Assembly (NCBI GenBank): GCA_024655885.1
Contig: JANLFN010000003.1
Span: 158,792 to 222,791 of the forward strand
Direction of reading: 5' to 3'
DNA length: 64,000 bases
Source of the DNA: Eubacteriales bacterium
GTDB taxonomy: Bacteria; Bacillota; Clostridia; Acetivibrionales; JANLFN01
Shown: piece after piece, positions 63,594 to 64,000 of the stretch
Layout: every line of letters begins with the position of its first letter
Numbering within the stretch: position 1 is the stretch's first letter
Translations under genes and position numbers: made by a program
The notes under the pieces: model-generated
Told to the model about the DNA's origin: nothing
Seen by the model: the letters and a program-made list of their open reading frames with translations, nothing else
Databases searched by the model: none

Positions 63594-64000
63594 ATGATTT
63601 TCGATATGCTTACGGTTAAGAATCTGTACAAGCAGTACGATAAGATAATCGCCGCCAACAATATCAGCTTTGACGTGCAGGACGGTGAAATCGCCGTACT
63701 TCTCGGTCCCAACGGTGCGGGGAAGAGCACGACCATCAAATGTATTGCAGGGCTTTTAAGGTACGAGGGCAGCATCGACATATGCGGGAAACAGAACAAA
63801 AGTATAGAGGCAAAGAGGCTGTTCGGCTATGTGCCCGAGACACCCGCGCTATATGAGATGCTTACGGTATACGAGCATCTGGAGTTTATTGCGCAGGCGT
63901 ACAATCTGGGAGAGTGCAGGCAAAGGATGGAAAACCTGCTGGAAAGGTTTGAACTGGCCGATAAGAAAGACAAGCTTGGCAAAGAGCTTTCCAAAGGGAT
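63594..64000 (+). CDS. ABC transporter ATP-binding protein, 5' part only (runs off the window).
   Basis: Not in the ORF track because it is truncated. ATG 63594 (or 63606) opens MIFDMLTVKNLYKQYDKIIAANNISFDVQDGEIAVLLGPNGAGKSTTIKCIAG..., which contains a Walker A motif. Confidence 0.8.
   Translation, partial: MIFDMLTVKNLYKQYDKIIAANNISFDVQDGEIAVLLGPNGAGKSTTIKCIAGLLRYEGSIDICGKQNKSIEAKRLFGYVPETPALYEMLTVYEHLEFIAQAYNLGECRQRMENLLERFELADKKDKLGKELSKG

Noticed and set aside
63581-63799. 72-aa minus-strand ORF.
   Set aside because: It is antisense to a plus-strand ABC ATPase gene with a clear Walker A motif that runs off the window end.

Overview
The window comes from a monoderm Firmicutes/Clostridia-type chromosome. 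Evidence: SLH-anchored surface proteins and tilS-hpt-ftsH, gdpP-rplI-dnaB and rpsF-ssb-rpsR synteny. Nearly all genes up to ~59 kb are on the minus strand.

Positions 1-42.5 kb look GC-richer by eye (not computed) and are organised as a vitamin B12 regulon. Five clear cobalamin riboswitches lie on the minus strand, with B12 boxes at 5344, 11218, 24163, 40590 and 42342. They precede:
- (i) a ~1538-aa SLH protein built from terpene-cyclase-like toroids plus DUF4430 (transcobalamin-like) modules, followed by a DUF4430 lipoprotein carrying an in-frame TAG;
- (ii) a BtuFCD-like importer, followed by an ABC-2 exporter;
- (iii) a YezD-like peptide plus four large surface proteins (DUF4430, beta-propeller, Big_2, CARDB, toroid, SLH);
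- (iv) a YezD-like peptide plus a translationally coupled 8-gene operon: DUF4430 lipoprotein, three membrane proteins, MoxR AAA+, DUF58, BatA-like and double-vWA proteins;
- (v) an unknown 164-aa protein plus an orphan cobK.

The block also holds a RAYT/IS200-like Y1 transposase and two related hairpin-repeat families. Positions 42.5-64 kb are ordinary housekeeping genes: recD2, SAM-riboswitch-metK, ftsH, hpt, tilS, dnaB, rplI, gdpP, HD-GYP, pheA, rpsR, ssb, rpsF, GGDEF, hemerythrin, glgB and a partial ABC ATPase.

The best candidates for an undescribed system are the B12-riboswitch-controlled MoxR/vWA + DUF4430 operon and the associated surface corrinoid-capture proteins.

All calls come from reading the sequence and the ORF translations. 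No searches were run, and RNA-element borders are approximate (about +/-20 nt).
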